This document shows positions 47,697 to 47,964 of a stretch of DNA of 47,964 nt, one piece after another. The stretch lies in the NCBI GenBank assembly GCA_002633005.1, contig NMRA01000019.1, forward strand, positions 1-47,964. Direction: 5' to 3'. Under the pieces are notes generated by a model. It made no database searches, was not told the origin of the DNA, and was given only the letters and a program-made list of their open reading frames with translations. How positions within the stretch are numbered: the stretch's first letter is position 1; each line of letters opens with the position of its first letter. A program made the translations under genes and the position numbers. Origin of the DNA: Phoronis australis. Its lineage: Eukaryota > Animalia > Phoronida.

Positions 47697-47964
47697 AACA
47701 AGAGCAACGCAGAGCGTTGAAATGCGCCCACAATTGCACCGCATACGGTATCCTTCTAGGGTTGTTTATTGGTACCATAAAGTGGCCAGTAGAGGGCATA
47801 TATGTAGTATGTTGTACTTTGCAAAATGGAAAGGCATGGTCCTTGTCTCCTCAATAGGCTAGGGGCAAAATGTGAGTAATCTTCATAATACAAGCACATC
47901 CTATACACCAGTTGCTTAAAGCACCACAGAAACATAGAATTAAAAACAAATTTACCAACATACG
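47697..47964 (-). mobile_element. HINE-like element 3' end (runs off the window)
   Basis: Terminal hairpin caacgc-aga-gcgttg (47705-47719) next to ctcttgtt on the minus strand; homologous to 1928-2030. Confidence 0.6.

Overview
AT-rich, intron-rich eukaryotic DNA from a draft assembly, with two N gaps and three single-N contig joins. The repeat content suggests a marine invertebrate such as a hemichordate or echinoderm; this is inference only. From left to right the window holds: (1) non-autonomous repeats, including Helentron/HINE-like pieces; (2) a decayed Mag-type Gypsy LTR retrotransposon on the minus strand (4815-9256) with both LTRs, a tRNA-Leu PBS and a PPT; (3) an internally deleted Kolobok DNA transposon (10180-11634) with TTAA TSD, ~160-bp TIRs, the 5' part of a THAP transposase on + and KolX/P2X7-ballast-like sequence on -, inserted beside an exon of a galactose-3-O-sulfotransferase; a second Kolobok end with an intact THAP ORF lies at 18541-19069; (4) a + strand GPAT3/GPAT4-type acyltransferase gene (11 exons traced, 15606-31474, first exon not visible); (5) the convergent - strand DNAAF9/C20orf194 (Shulin) gene (15 exons traced, 45673-33669), with a +1 frameshift in one exon. 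Introns carry hAT and PIF MITEs, minisatellites, a SINE and a LINE tail. Two duplications across single Ns look like unmerged haplotypes. I found no clearly new biological system. The most notable items are the Kolobok THAP/KolX elements, the DNAAF9 frameshift, the HINE presence/absence polymorphism and the back-to-back poly(A) signals.
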